Assembly (NCBI GenBank): GCA_045576095.1 | Contig: JAZNFP010000055.1 | Span: 8,247 to 72,246 of the forward strand | Origin: Eubacteriales bacterium | GTDB taxonomy: Bacteria; Bacillota; Clostridia; Oscillospirales; CAG-272 | Direction of reading: 5' to 3' | DNA length: 64,000 nucleotides | Shown here: piece by piece, positions 35,656 through 44,461 of the stretch | Numbering within the stretch: position 1 is the stretch's first letter | How the letters are laid out: the number at the start of each line of letters is the position of its first letter | Position numbers and translations under genes: made by a program | The notes under the pieces: model-generated | What the model was told of the DNA's origin: nothing | The model's input: only the letters and a program-made list of their open reading frames with translations | Databases searched by the model: none

Positions 35656-36498
35656 TCAGTCTACCCTTCCGTTCGCTCCGACGAGACGAATGCGGGTGAT
35701 GCAGAAATCGCGGACCGCCTCGATCGGCTTCTTCATGAAGGTATCGACCGCAACGGGACGGCTTGGCGAGTCGAGCACCGCCTTGCACGCATCAAGGAAC
35801 GCGTAGCAGACGTCGGTCGCAAAGTTCATCTTGCGAACGCCTGCCGCAACGGCGCGGCGGATCTCCTCGTCGGGAACGCCCGAGCCGCCGTGCAGAACGA
35901 GCGCGGCGTTCCCCGTTGCCTTGCGGATCGCGCAGATACGCTCAATGTCGAGCTTCGGGGGCTTCGCATACCGTCCGTGCGCCGTACCGACGGCAACGGC
36001 AAGGCAGGTAACGCCGGTCTCCTCGACAAAGCGCCTCGCATCCTCGGGAGTCGTGAACTCATCCATATCGCTGTCGCTCGTCATCCCGACGTGGCCAAGC
36101 TCGCCCTCAACCTGAACGCCGACGTACGAGCAGGTCTCGACGACCCTTTTCGTCAGGGCGATGTTCTCCTCGAAGGGCAGGGTCGAGCCGTCGAGCATGA
36201 TACCGGTCGCACCGTAGCGGAGCGAGCGGGTCGTCTCAAGCTCGGAGGGTCCGTGATCAAGATGGAAGCAGACGGGGACCGTCGCCGCCTTTGCCGCCGC
36301 CAGAATGACGGGAGCCAGATAGTATCCGGTCTCCTCCTTCATCAGACGGGGATAGACCTGCATGATGATGGGCGCGCGCTCGGCCTCGGCGGCCTTGATA
36401 ACGCCCATTGCGGTCTCCATGTTGTATACGTTAAACGCAGGGATGCAGTAGCCGCCCTTTTCGGCGAGCTCCAAAACGGCTTTCAGAGATACCAGCAT
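35656..36498 (-). CDS. class II ketose-bisphosphate aldolase (FBA/tagatose-bisphosphate/IolJ family)
   Basis: PAFNVYNMETAMGVIKAAE, HLDHG and LVLHGGSG motifs. 280 aa from the internal ATG. Confidence 0.85.
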   Translation of the reverse strand: MLVSLKAVLELAEKGGYCIPAFNVYNMETAMGVIKAAEAERAPIIMQVYPRLMKEETGYYLAPVILAAAKAATVPVCFHLDHGPSELETTRSLRYGATGIMLDGSTLPFEENIALTKRVVETCSYVGVQVEGELGHVGMTSDSDMDEFTTPEDARRFVEETGVTCLAVAVGTAHGRYAKPPKLDIERICAIRKATGNAALVLHGGSGVPDEEIRRAVAAGVRKMNFATDVCYAFLDACKAVLDSPSRPVAVDTFMKKPIEAVRDFCITRIRLVGANGRVD

Positions 36499-36508
36499 AC
36501 TCTTCTCC

Positions 36509-37597
36509 TTACTCTCCGAGAACGAGCTCCTCGATCGAAAGGATCTCGACCTCATTTTGCTCAACCGACTTCAGCGCGGTGTACTCCGAAACCGACGCCG
36601 TCACGATGACCTTCGCGCCGATGCTCGTTGCGTTGAAGATCCGGCGCTCGGCAACCTTTTTAATGGTCTCGGGCATATACTGTGCCATGAGGATGTTTCC
36701 TGCCCAGACCGTCTCGGCACGGCAAAGCAGCATCTCGTCAAGCTCGGCATATGCCGAAATGACGGCACGCGCCTCGTCGCACTCGCCGAGATCGCGGGAA
36801 AGCTGGAAGGGATCCTGGTAAACGACGCGCAGATCGGTCTTCTTTGCGGCAAGCTTCTTCTCGGCGACGAGCGAAGCGAGGTATGCCGTGAAGGTCACGG
36901 CGTTTGCCGAGGTTTCGATTCCGAACTCGGGATACTTCTGCTTGATCGCCTTTGCATCGGTGGGATCGAAGACAACGACGGTCTTGTAGCCATCCATCAC
37001 CGAGGCGGCTGCCTTCATCTGACTCTTGGTCTCCTCTGCGGCGCCGATCAGATACTCAAGCTGTGCGCCCGAGGCAGGCTCGTCGGCGAGAACCGTGAAG
37101 GCAACGCCTGCCTTCTCGAGCACGCGGATCGCGCGCTTCGCGCTCTCGGGAGCCATATAGCGTGCATCGGCACCGAGGAAGAGCAGAAGATCGGTCTTCT
37201 CGGCGTGCTTTGCGATCGCCTCGGCGAGGCACTCGCAGAGAGCGGTCTTTCCGTAAGCGTTGCCCGTATTCAGGCAATTCTCAACGAGGGTGTTGATGTA
37301 TGCGGGAAGAACGCCCTCAAGCGCCGCCTCAAGACGGACCTCGCTCGAGAACATGACGGGATCCCAGCCGGTGACGCACTCGTGTACGCAGCCTCCGCAG
37401 GCGGCGCACTCGTAAATGTTATCCATGATCTCACGAAGCTCCATTGCGCCGCGGTTGACAAGCGAAATGCCGAGCGCTCTCGCGCGGGGCGTGCTTCTCT
37501 CATGTCCCGTTGCGTTGCCGATCGGGCAGATGTGATGACACATCCAGCAGAAACGGCAGGAATCAACGTGCTGCTTGCTCTTTTCAGACATCATCAT
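36509..37597 (-). CDS. (Fe-S)-binding protein with CCG-type domains (GlcF/HdrD-like)
   Basis: Two ferredoxin-like Cys clusters (CRFCWMCHHICP, CAACGGCVHEC) plus a C-terminal Cys-poor CCG-like region. Confidence 0.75.
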   Translation of the reverse strand: MMMSEKSKQHVDSCRFCWMCHHICPIGNATGHERSTPRARALGISLVNRGAMELREIMDNIYECAACGGCVHECVTGWDPVMFSSEVRLEAALEGVLPAYINTLVENCLNTGNAYGKTALCECLAEAIAKHAEKTDLLLFLGADARYMAPESAKRAIRVLEKAGVAFTVLADEPASGAQLEYLIGAAEETKSQMKAAASVMDGYKTVVVFDPTDAKAIKQKYPEFGIETSANAVTFTAYLASLVAEKKLAAKKTDLRVVYQDPFQLSRDLGECDEARAVISAYAELDEMLLCRAETVWAGNILMAQYMPETIKKVAERRIFNATSIGAKVIVTASVSEYTALKSVEQNEVEILSIEELVLGE

Positions 37598-37612
37598 AAT
37601 CGTTTACCTCAC

Positions 37613-39049
37613 TCAAAGACCCAGCTTAAAGGGGTTCATAATTCCGTTCGGGTCAAGCTGCTTTTTCAGACCCTCGAATACCTGCATGGCAGGACCGTAC
37701 TGCTCTTTCATCAGGCGGCCGAGCTTGATACCGACGCCGTGATGGTCGTTGACGACACCTCCGTGCGCCAGAGCCGCACGAACGCCGCAGCTCCAGACGG
37801 ACTGGTGCAGACGCAGTGCCTCAACGGGATCCTTCGGAACGTCCTTGCCGTCGATGATGAAGCGGTCGTACACCATGGCGCCCCACTCGTACCAGTGCGA
37901 GAAGTGCGCGATGAACTTCGCCTGCGGGAAGTTCGACTCGATCGCCTTCTTCATTGCCCAGTAGATCTCCTCGATCTTACCGTAGGGAGCGATGGTATCC
38001 ATTGTACCGAACATCTGGGGAATATCCATCATATGGCCGGGATAGAAGAACGTAATCTTCTCCTTCCACCACTTCTCACCGTACTCGCTTCCGAGATCCT
38101 CGGCGCCGTACTTGGCAAAGGTCTCGAGCAGGATCTTCTCCTCGACGGCAACGAGATCGCGGCAGCCCTCGATGGCAACGTTCATGAAGGCGCCCTTTCT
38201 CTCGACGCCGACGATCTTCTTGATGAGCGAGCCGGTCTCGGCCTCGTCGTACAGACGCATAACCGAGGGCTTGAACTTCTGAAGGAGATCGCGAGCCGCC
38301 TTGAAGGCACCGCTCATATCGGCAAACAGGAAGCCGCGGAAGCGTCTCTCCTCAGGCTGATCGTAAATACGCATCTGCGCCTTGGTAATGACGCCGAGCG
38401 TTCCCTCCGAGCCGATGAAGATCTGGTTCAGGTCGGGACCTGCAGCGTGCTTCGGTGCCGGGCAGGTGTTGATGATATCGCCGTTCGGCAGAACGACCTC
38501 CATCCCGAGCACCATGTCGTCGATCTTGCCGTACTTGGTCGAGCAAACGCCGATGCCGCGATGGGCAAGGAAGCCGCCGACGGTCGAGCAGGTGAGCGAG
38601 GAGGGATAGTGCATGGTTGCCTTGCCAACCTCGTTTGCAGCCCACTCGACGTGCTTGTAGATCGAGCCGGTACCGCACTCTATGTACATACCGTTGGTGT
38701 TGACCTCGAAGATCTGGTTCATGCGCTTGGTATCAAGCAGAATACCGCCGCAAACCGGAATGGCGCCGCCCTGGGTTCCGCCGCCGGCACCCCAGGTCGT
38801 CACGGGGAGCTTGTAGTAGTTGGCGATCTTCAGAACCTTGGAGACCTCGCTTGCATCCTTGGGGCAAACGACGAAGTCGGCCTCGGGCATACGGCATCCT
38901 CTGTCCGCCCACATACGGGAGAGCCAGTAGTAGTCGACGCTGTGCGTCACCTTGTCGATCGGGCGAACCGAGCAGTTCTCCTTACCGACCGCATCCTCCA
39001 GCTCTGTGAGGATCATGGCAAACAAAAAATCGTTCATTTGGTAATTCAC
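37613..39049 (-). CDS. FAD-linked oxidase/dehydrogenase (GlcD / D-lactate dehydrogenase / AGPS family)
   Basis: PCMH-type FAD-binding domain (VTTWGAGGGTQGG...) and a C-terminal FAD-oxidase_C domain. GTG start 7 nt after AAGGAG. Confidence 0.85.
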   Translation of the reverse strand: MNYQMNDFLFAMILTELEDAVGKENCSVRPIDKVTHSVDYYWLSRMWADRGCRMPEADFVVCPKDASEVSKVLKIANYYKLPVTTWGAGGGTQGGAIPVCGGILLDTKRMNQIFEVNTNGMYIECGTGSIYKHVEWAANEVGKATMHYPSSLTCSTVGGFLAHRGIGVCSTKYGKIDDMVLGMEVVLPNGDIINTCPAPKHAAGPDLNQIFIGSEGTLGVITKAQMRIYDQPEERRFRGFLFADMSGAFKAARDLLQKFKPSVMRLYDEAETGSLIKKIVGVERKGAFMNVAIEGCRDLVAVEEKILLETFAKYGAEDLGSEYGEKWWKEKITFFYPGHMMDIPQMFGTMDTIAPYGKIEEIYWAMKKAIESNFPQAKFIAHFSHWYEWGAMVYDRFIIDGKDVPKDPVEALRLHQSVWSCGVRAALAHGGVVNDHHGVGIKLGRLMKEQYGPAMQVFEGLKKQLDPNGIMNPFKLGL

Positions 39050-39235
39050 GTATTTTCTCCTTTCCGTTACCAAAAAATTGCTTGGAACTTCCTTTTTAAA
39101 GATACAGTTTTATTTTAGCACACGCCGCAGCCCTTGAAAATGGAAAAAAGATTATTTTTTTGTAAAAACCGATACAATTCCTGCGTTTTTGTGATATAAT
39201 AGGATCAACAACCCCACACGAAAGAGGAAGTCGCC

Positions 39236-40063
39236 ATGAAGCATCTCTCCTTTGAACAGCTCTACCATACCGATTTTCAGATCAGCGAGCCGCTTGCCAA
39301 GCAGCAATCCTGGGCAACGCGGGGAAACCTCTACAGCGCGCTCGGGAAGCCGAAGATCTCGCATACCCTGCTTTGGTTCAAGAACTGCGAGGCGTCGATC
39401 TCGCTTCCGAGCGGCGAGCAGATCCCCTGCGGACGAAATTCGCTCGTCTATATGGCAAAGGGGATTGAATACGCCGTGCATTTTTCGAGCACCGGAGCGG
39501 ATATCGAGGATACCGTCGTCGTACATTTTCAAATGACCGACAAGAGCGGCGAGGATATCTGCCCCTCGGACCGACCGGTCGTTTGTCTCCGAAGCGTGGA
39601 CTCGGCAACGGCGATGCTGCTCGACTCGATGGTTGAGGAGTGCAAAAAGAACGTCGTCTGCATCCCCGAGGTTTCCTCGGGCGTATACAAGCTGCTTGCC
39701 ATCGCCTGCCAAAAGCAGAAATCCCGCACCACCAAGCATAAATTCGCGCGAATCCGCACGGGCATCGAGCTGCTTGAGGGCGAAAACGATCTCAGCGTTG
39801 CCGAAATCGCCGAGCGCTGCGGCGTCAGCGAATGCTATTTCCGACGGCTGTTCCAGGCGTACAGCGGCGAAAGCCCGATGCGCTTCAGACAGCGGGTGCG
39901 AATCGAGCGCGCCAAGCAGCTTTTGCTCTCGGACGAGCACTACACCGTCGGAGAGATCGCCGCAGAGCTGCATTTTCTTGACGTCTACCATTTCAGTAAA
40001 ACCTTCAAAAAATTCTGCGGCGTATCCCCAAACAAGTTTCAGCGCGCCTCCGAGACGGAATAA
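39236..40063 (+). CDS. AraC-family transcriptional regulator
   Basis: C-terminal double HTH: LSVAEIAERCGVSECYFRRLFQ...YTVGEIAAELHFLDVYHFSKTFKKFCGVSPNKF. Confidence 0.9.
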   Translation: MKHLSFEQLYHTDFQISEPLAKQQSWATRGNLYSALGKPKISHTLLWFKNCEASISLPSGEQIPCGRNSLVYMAKGIEYAVHFSSTGADIEDTVVVHFQMTDKSGEDICPSDRPVVCLRSVDSATAMLLDSMVEECKKNVVCIPEVSSGVYKLLAIACQKQKSRTTKHKFARIRTGIELLEGENDLSVAEIAERCGVSECYFRRLFQAYSGESPMRFRQRVRIERAKQLLLSDEHYTVGEIAAELHFLDVYHFSKTFKKFCGVSPNKFQRASETE

Positions 40064-40064
40064 A

Positions 40065-40094
40065 GGTGCTGCTTCCTTTCGGCATAACCGAACG
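40065..40094 (-). repeat. intergenic repeat motif copy 1 (CGTTCGGTTATGCC-N-AAAGGAAGC family)
   Basis: The reverse complement reads CGTTCGGTTATGCCGAAAGGAAGCAGCACC. It matches copies at 40206, 62797 and 63023. Confidence 0.6.
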
Positions 40095-40205
40095 AAAAAC
40101 AAAGAAAACAGGTGCTGCGCGTAAGGCACAACACCTGGCTTTTTCTTTATGTATCCTGTTTTTTAAGGCAGAAAACCTTCGGGGTTTCTCCTTTTTATCG
40201 TTTTT

Positions 40206-40235
40206 CGTTCGGTTATGCCGAAATCAAGCGAGCCC
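40206..40235 (+). repeat. intergenic repeat motif copy 2
   Basis: CGTTCGGTTATGCCGAAATCAAGCGAGCCC, inverted relative to copy 1 at about 110-nt spacing. Confidence 0.6.
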
Positions 40236-40377
40236 AAAAGGGACCTCGCACTGAGAATTCGGCGTTTTTGCTTTTTTCAATCTCAAAAGCGATGATAACG
40301 CCCAATTCTTAGTGACTCGGCCCCTTTGCGACAGGGTGCATCGGATTTCGGCGAGACCGAAAAATCCGAACGCTTTT

Positions 40378-41790
40378 TTACACCGTTTCGACCTTGATGA
40401 CGTTGGTATTGCCCGATCGGCCGTTGATCATACCGCCCGTGACGACGATGCGATCGCCCGTGGCAAGAGAAAAGTGCTTTTTGGCAAGCTTCTGCGCTGC
40501 GTAAAAGACGACGTCGAGCGAATGCACGAGCTCGCTCATCGCGGGAGTGACGCCCCAGGAGAGCGCCAGCTTGCGCCAGGTCTTTTCCTCGGTCGTTACG
40601 CCGAGAATGTCGATGGGACAGCGGAAGCGCGAGACCATGCGCGCCGTCATTCCCGAGATGGAGCAAACCGCGATCGCCTTGGCGCCGATGTCGATCGCCA
40701 TGCCGCAGGTCGCGTGGGAAATGGCGTCAACGGTGTTCTTCATAATGAAATCGGAGTTGCGGAACATCTTGCTGTAATCAATGGTCCGCTCGGTTTGCAG
40801 AGCAATTCTCGCCATGGTGGCAACCGTCTGCACGGGGTATTTCCCCGCCGCCGTCTCACCCGAGAGCATAATGGCGCTCGTTCCGTCGTACACGGCGTTG
40901 GCAACGTCGGAGATCTCGGCACGGGTGGGACGGGGATTGTAAATCATCGACTCCAGCATTTCGGTCGCGGTAATCACGCGCTTTCCGAGCAAGCGGCAGG
41001 TGGTAATCAGATGCTTCTGAATCCCGGGCAGCTCCTCAAAGGGAACCTCGACACCCATGTCGCCGCGAGCAACCATAATGCCGTCGCACTCCTCGCAGAT
41101 CTCGCGGATATGATCGACTCCCGAGCGGTTCTCGATCTTGGCAATGATGTCAAGATCCTCTCCGCCGTTTGCAGAAAGGAACTCCTTGACGTCCAGCAGA
41201 TCCTGCTTTCTCGAAACGAAGGAGCAGGCGATAAAGTCAACGCCCTCCTTGATTCCGAAGAGCAGATCGCGCCGATCGTCCTCGCTGAGGTAGGGCTGGG
41301 AGAGGACCTTGCCGGGAAAGCTCATGCTCTTGCGGTTCGATAGCTCGCCGCCCGCAACGACACGGCAGGAAATCTCGCATCCGCAGATCTCCTCAACCTC
41401 AAAAATCAGAAGTCCGTTGTTGAGCAGAATCCGATCCCCCGGCTCCATCTCGGAGGGGAGCGCCGCGTAATTGACCGAAACGCGCCCCTCGTCGCCAACC
41501 ACGTCCTCGGTGGTGAAAACGAAGCGGGCCCCCTCCTTCAGCTCGACCTTGCCGTTTGCAAAGGTCTTGATGCGGTACTCGGGCCCCTTGGTATCGAGCA
41601 GGATGGCGATCGGCAGTCCGAGCTTCTCGCGCACCCGCTTGATGAGGTCGATGTTCTTTTTATGATCCTCGTGCGTCCCGTGCGAGAAATTGAGTCTCGC
41701 TACGTTCATGCCCGCCTTGCACATTTCGCTTAAAATTTCCTCGGTGTTACACGCCGGTCCGATCGTACAAACAATCTTGGTTTTTCGCAT
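40378..41790 (-). CDS. pyk: pyruvate kinase
   Basis: MRKTKIVCTIGPA, NFSHG, TKGPEYR and MVARGDMGVE motifs. Confidence 0.95.
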   Translation of the reverse strand: MRKTKIVCTIGPACNTEEILSEMCKAGMNVARLNFSHGTHEDHKKNIDLIKRVREKLGLPIAILLDTKGPEYRIKTFANGKVELKEGARFVFTTEDVVGDEGRVSVNYAALPSEMEPGDRILLNNGLLIFEVEEICGCEISCRVVAGGELSNRKSMSFPGKVLSQPYLSEDDRRDLLFGIKEGVDFIACSFVSRKQDLLDVKEFLSANGGEDLDIIAKIENRSGVDHIREICEECDGIMVARGDMGVEVPFEELPGIQKHLITTCRLLGKRVITATEMLESMIYNPRPTRAEISDVANAVYDGTSAIMLSGETAAGKYPVQTVATMARIALQTERTIDYSKMFRNSDFIMKNTVDAISHATCGMAIDIGAKAIAVCSISGMTARMVSRFRCPIDILGVTTEEKTWRKLALSWGVTPAMSELVHSLDVVFYAAQKLAKKHFSLATGDRIVVTGGMINGRSGNTNVIKVETV

Positions 41791-42133
41791 GCTTTTTCTC
41801 TCCTATCCGATGCAACCGCATTCTCCCTCATGATAAGTATACCACAAAACATACGCAAAGTCAATCGCGGCGCAATAATATTTGCAAACCTGTTTTTCGA
41901 AAAGCGCAACCGTCTTGTTTTCAGTATATCGCTTTGTTTTTTAATCCCGCCCCCCCAAAAAAAGCACCCCTCGTTTGAGGACGCCGATTCCAATCCCTGC
42001 CGCTCGGGGGTCGGACGATCGCCGTGCAAGGGGCGCGGGCCGAGCATTACTCCGAGTTATGCCGCACACCCTCGTTATACGATCCGGTTATATCTGCATT
42101 ATAAAATCGTATAGCCTGATTTGTCGAAAACGC

Positions 42134-42163
42134 TTGACGAAAACTCGCTTTATCTGTTATAAT
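42134..42163 (+). promoter_or_regulatory. sigma-A-type promoter of the pur operon leader
   Basis: TTGACG, 18 nt, then TGtTATAAT (extended -10). Confidence 0.55.
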
Positions 42164-42190
42164 AACAGATGTAGAAAGTTGTCCGCGTCG

Positions 42191-42233
42191 GGGGCAGTCG
42201 CGCCGATGCGGCGCGACTGCCCCACTCTTTTTG
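42191..42233 (+). terminator. intrinsic terminator/attenuator in the purE leader
   Basis: 14-bp perfect stem GGGGCAGTCGCGCC-GATGC-GGCGCGACTGCCCC followed by ACTCTTTTT, 30 nt upstream of the purE ATG. Confidence 0.65.
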
Positions 42234-42262
42234 ATGAAAAACCGAGAAAGGATAAAAAACAG

Positions 42263-42757
42263 ATGAAAAAAGTCGGGATTTTGATGGGAAGCGACAGCGA
42301 TCTTCCCGTCGTTGAGAAAGCAATTGAGCAGCTCAAGGCGCTCGCGATCCCCTTTGAGGTGCACGTCTGGAGCGCACACCGCACGCCCCTTGAGGTCAAG
42401 GAGTTCACCGAAAAGGCAAGAGAGCGAGGCTTTGGCGTTCTGATCTGCGCCGCGGGGAAGGCGGCGCATCTCGCAGGCGCGGTTGCCGCATCGACGACGC
42501 TGCCCGTGATCGGAATCCCGATCAAGAGCTCGACCCTTGACGGTCTCGACGCCCTGCTCTCGACCGTACAGATGCCCGGGGGCATTCCGGTTGCCACGGT
42601 TGCCATCGACGGCGCGCAGAACGCCGCGCTCCTTGCCGCAGAGATGCTTGCCATCGGCGACGAGGTTCTCTCCGCCAAGCTCGGCGAGGCTCGCCTTGCG
42701 GGTGCCGAGAAGGTGCGCCGCGCAAACGCCGAGATTGAAGCCAAATACAACGCTTGA
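42263..42757 (+). CDS. purE: 5-(carboxyamino)imidazole ribonucleotide mutase
   Basis: [13 protein letters not shown]...SAHRTP...AGKAAHLAG...GIPVATVAI motifs. Confidence 0.93.
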   Translation: MKKVGILMGSDSDLPVVEKAIEQLKALAIPFEVHVWSAHRTPLEVKEFTEKARERGFGVLICAAGKAAHLAGAVAASTTLPVIGIPIKSSTLDGLDALLSTVQMPGGIPVATVAIDGAQNAALLAAEMLAIGDEVLSAKLGEARLAGAEKVRRANAEIEAKYNA

Positions 42758-42796
42758 TGATTATTTTGTGAATATACGTGAAGAAAGGAAAGCATT

Positions 42797-43837
42797 ATGA
42801 ACAATTCCTACAGTGAAAGCTACAAGGCGGCGGGCGTTGACATCACTGCCGGCTACCGCGCCGTTGAGCTGATGAAAAAGCACATCGCCAGAACCGAAAA
42901 CGAGGGATGCGTCTCCGATATCGGCGGATTCGGAGGGCTCTTCGTTCCCTCGCTTGCGGGCATGCGCGAGCCGGTTCTCGTTTCCGGCACCGACGGCGTC
43001 GGCACCAAGCTGAAGATTGCCTTCCTGCTCGACCGTCACGATACGGTCGGCATCGACTGCGTTGCCATGTGTGTCAACGACGTTATCTGCTGCGGCGCAA
43101 AGCCCCTGTTCTTCCTTGACTATATCGCCTGCGGAAAGAACGTCCCCGAGAAGATCGCCGCGATCGTTTCGGGCGTTGCCGAGGGCTGCGTGCAGTCGGG
43201 TGCCGCTCTGATTGGCGGAGAGACCGCCGAGATGCCCGGCTTCTATCCGATCGACGAATACGATCTTGCCGGCTTTGCCGTCGGTATCGTCGATAAGAGC
43301 CGCGTGCTCGACAAGACGAAAACCGCCGTTGGCGACGTCGTGATCGCTCTCCCCTCCTCGGGCGTGCATTCCAACGGCTTTTCGCTCGTTCGCCGCGTCT
43401 TCGACGTTGAAAAGAACGACATCAAGGCCCCCGTCGCCGAGCTCGGCGGAAAGTCGGTCGGCGAGACGCTGCTCACCCCGACGAGGATCTACGTCAAGCC
43501 CATGCTTTCGCTCTTCGACGCCGTTTCGGTCAAGGGCGTTTCGCACATCACGGGCGGCGGCTTTTACGAGAACGTTCCGCGCGCGATTCCCAAGGGACTC
43601 GGCGCCAAGATCGAAAAAAGCGCAATTCGCACTCTCCCCATCTTCGACCTTCTTCAGAAGACCGGGAATATCGACAGCCGTGATATGTTCAACACCTTCA
43701 ATATGGGTGTCGGCATGAGCATCACGGTGGCAAAGGAGGATGCCGACCGCGCGATCGAGGTGCTCCGCGCCGCCGGCGAGGATCCCTATATCATCGGCGA
43801 GATCATCGCAAGCGACGAGGGGTGCGTGCTATGCTAA
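42797..43837 (+). CDS. purM: phosphoribosylformylglycinamidine cyclo-ligase (AIR synthetase)
   Basis: YKAAGVDI, GGFGGLF, DGVGTK and SHITGGG motifs. Confidence 0.93.
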   Translation: MNNSYSESYKAAGVDITAGYRAVELMKKHIARTENEGCVSDIGGFGGLFVPSLAGMREPVLVSGTDGVGTKLKIAFLLDRHDTVGIDCVAMCVNDVICCGAKPLFFLDYIACGKNVPEKIAAIVSGVAEGCVQSGAALIGGETAEMPGFYPIDEYDLAGFAVGIVDKSRVLDKTKTAVGDVVIALPSSGVHSNGFSLVRRVFDVEKNDIKAPVAELGGKSVGETLLTPTRIYVKPMLSLFDAVSVKGVSHITGGGFYENVPRAIPKGLGAKIEKSAIRTLPIFDLLQKTGNIDSRDMFNTFNMGVGMSITVAKEDADRAIEVLRAAGEDPYIIGEIIASDEGCVLC

Positions 43838-44448
43838 AGCGCATTCGTACCGCCGTTCTGGTTTCGGGCGGCGGTACCAACCTGCAGGCGATCATCGACG
43901 CCGCGGAAAGCGGCAGAATCCGCCACGCCGAGCTGGCCTTGGTTGCCGCCTCGAACCCCGACGCCTACGCGCTGGTGCGCGCCGAGCGTGCGGGAATCCC
44001 GACGGCGGTCGTTTCGCGCAAGTCCTATTCCGAGCCCGCTGCTTTTGAGCGCGCACTTCTTGCTGTTCTCGAGGAGCACGGCATCGAGCTCATCGTTCTG
44101 GCAGGCTTTATGACGATTCTCAGCGCCGATTTTATCCGTCGCTACGACAACCGCATCATCAACGTACATCCCTCGCTCATTCCGTCCTTTTGCGGAAAGG
44201 GCTTTTACGGCTTGCGCGTCCACGAGGCAGCCCTCTCCTACGGGGTGAAGGTGACCGGTGCGACGGTGCATTTCGTTAACGAGATCCCCGACGGCGGCGC
44301 GATCATCGCGCAGAAATCGGTCGCTATCCGTAAAGGCGACACCCCCGAGACCCTGCAGCGCCGCGTGATGGAGAGAGCGGAATGGAAGCTTCTCCCCCGC
44401 GCGCTTGAGCTCGTTTCGATCGAGCTTGCAAAATCAAAGCAGAAATAA
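43831..44448 (+). CDS. purN: phosphoribosylglycinamide formyltransferase
   Basis: AVLVSGGGTNLQAIID, INVHPSLIP and GATVHFV motifs. Confidence 0.9.
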   Translation: MLKRIRTAVLVSGGGTNLQAIIDAAESGRIRHAELALVAASNPDAYALVRAERAGIPTAVVSRKSYSEPAAFERALLAVLEEHGIELIVLAGFMTILSADFIRRYDNRIINVHPSLIPSFCGKGFYGLRVHEAALSYGVKVTGATVHFVNEIPDGGAIIAQKSVAIRKGDTPETLQRRVMERAEWKLLPRALELVSIELAKSKQK

Positions 44449-44461
44449 AGGAGTCAACTTG

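Noticed and set aside
41800-42130. Purine, ZTP (pfl) or PRPP riboswitch upstream of purE
   Set aside because: I could not find the purine three-way-junction core (UAUA...GGAUAUGG...CCGUAAAU) or the ZTP CCGCCUGGGC element. The leader is reported only as an unexplained leader terminator.
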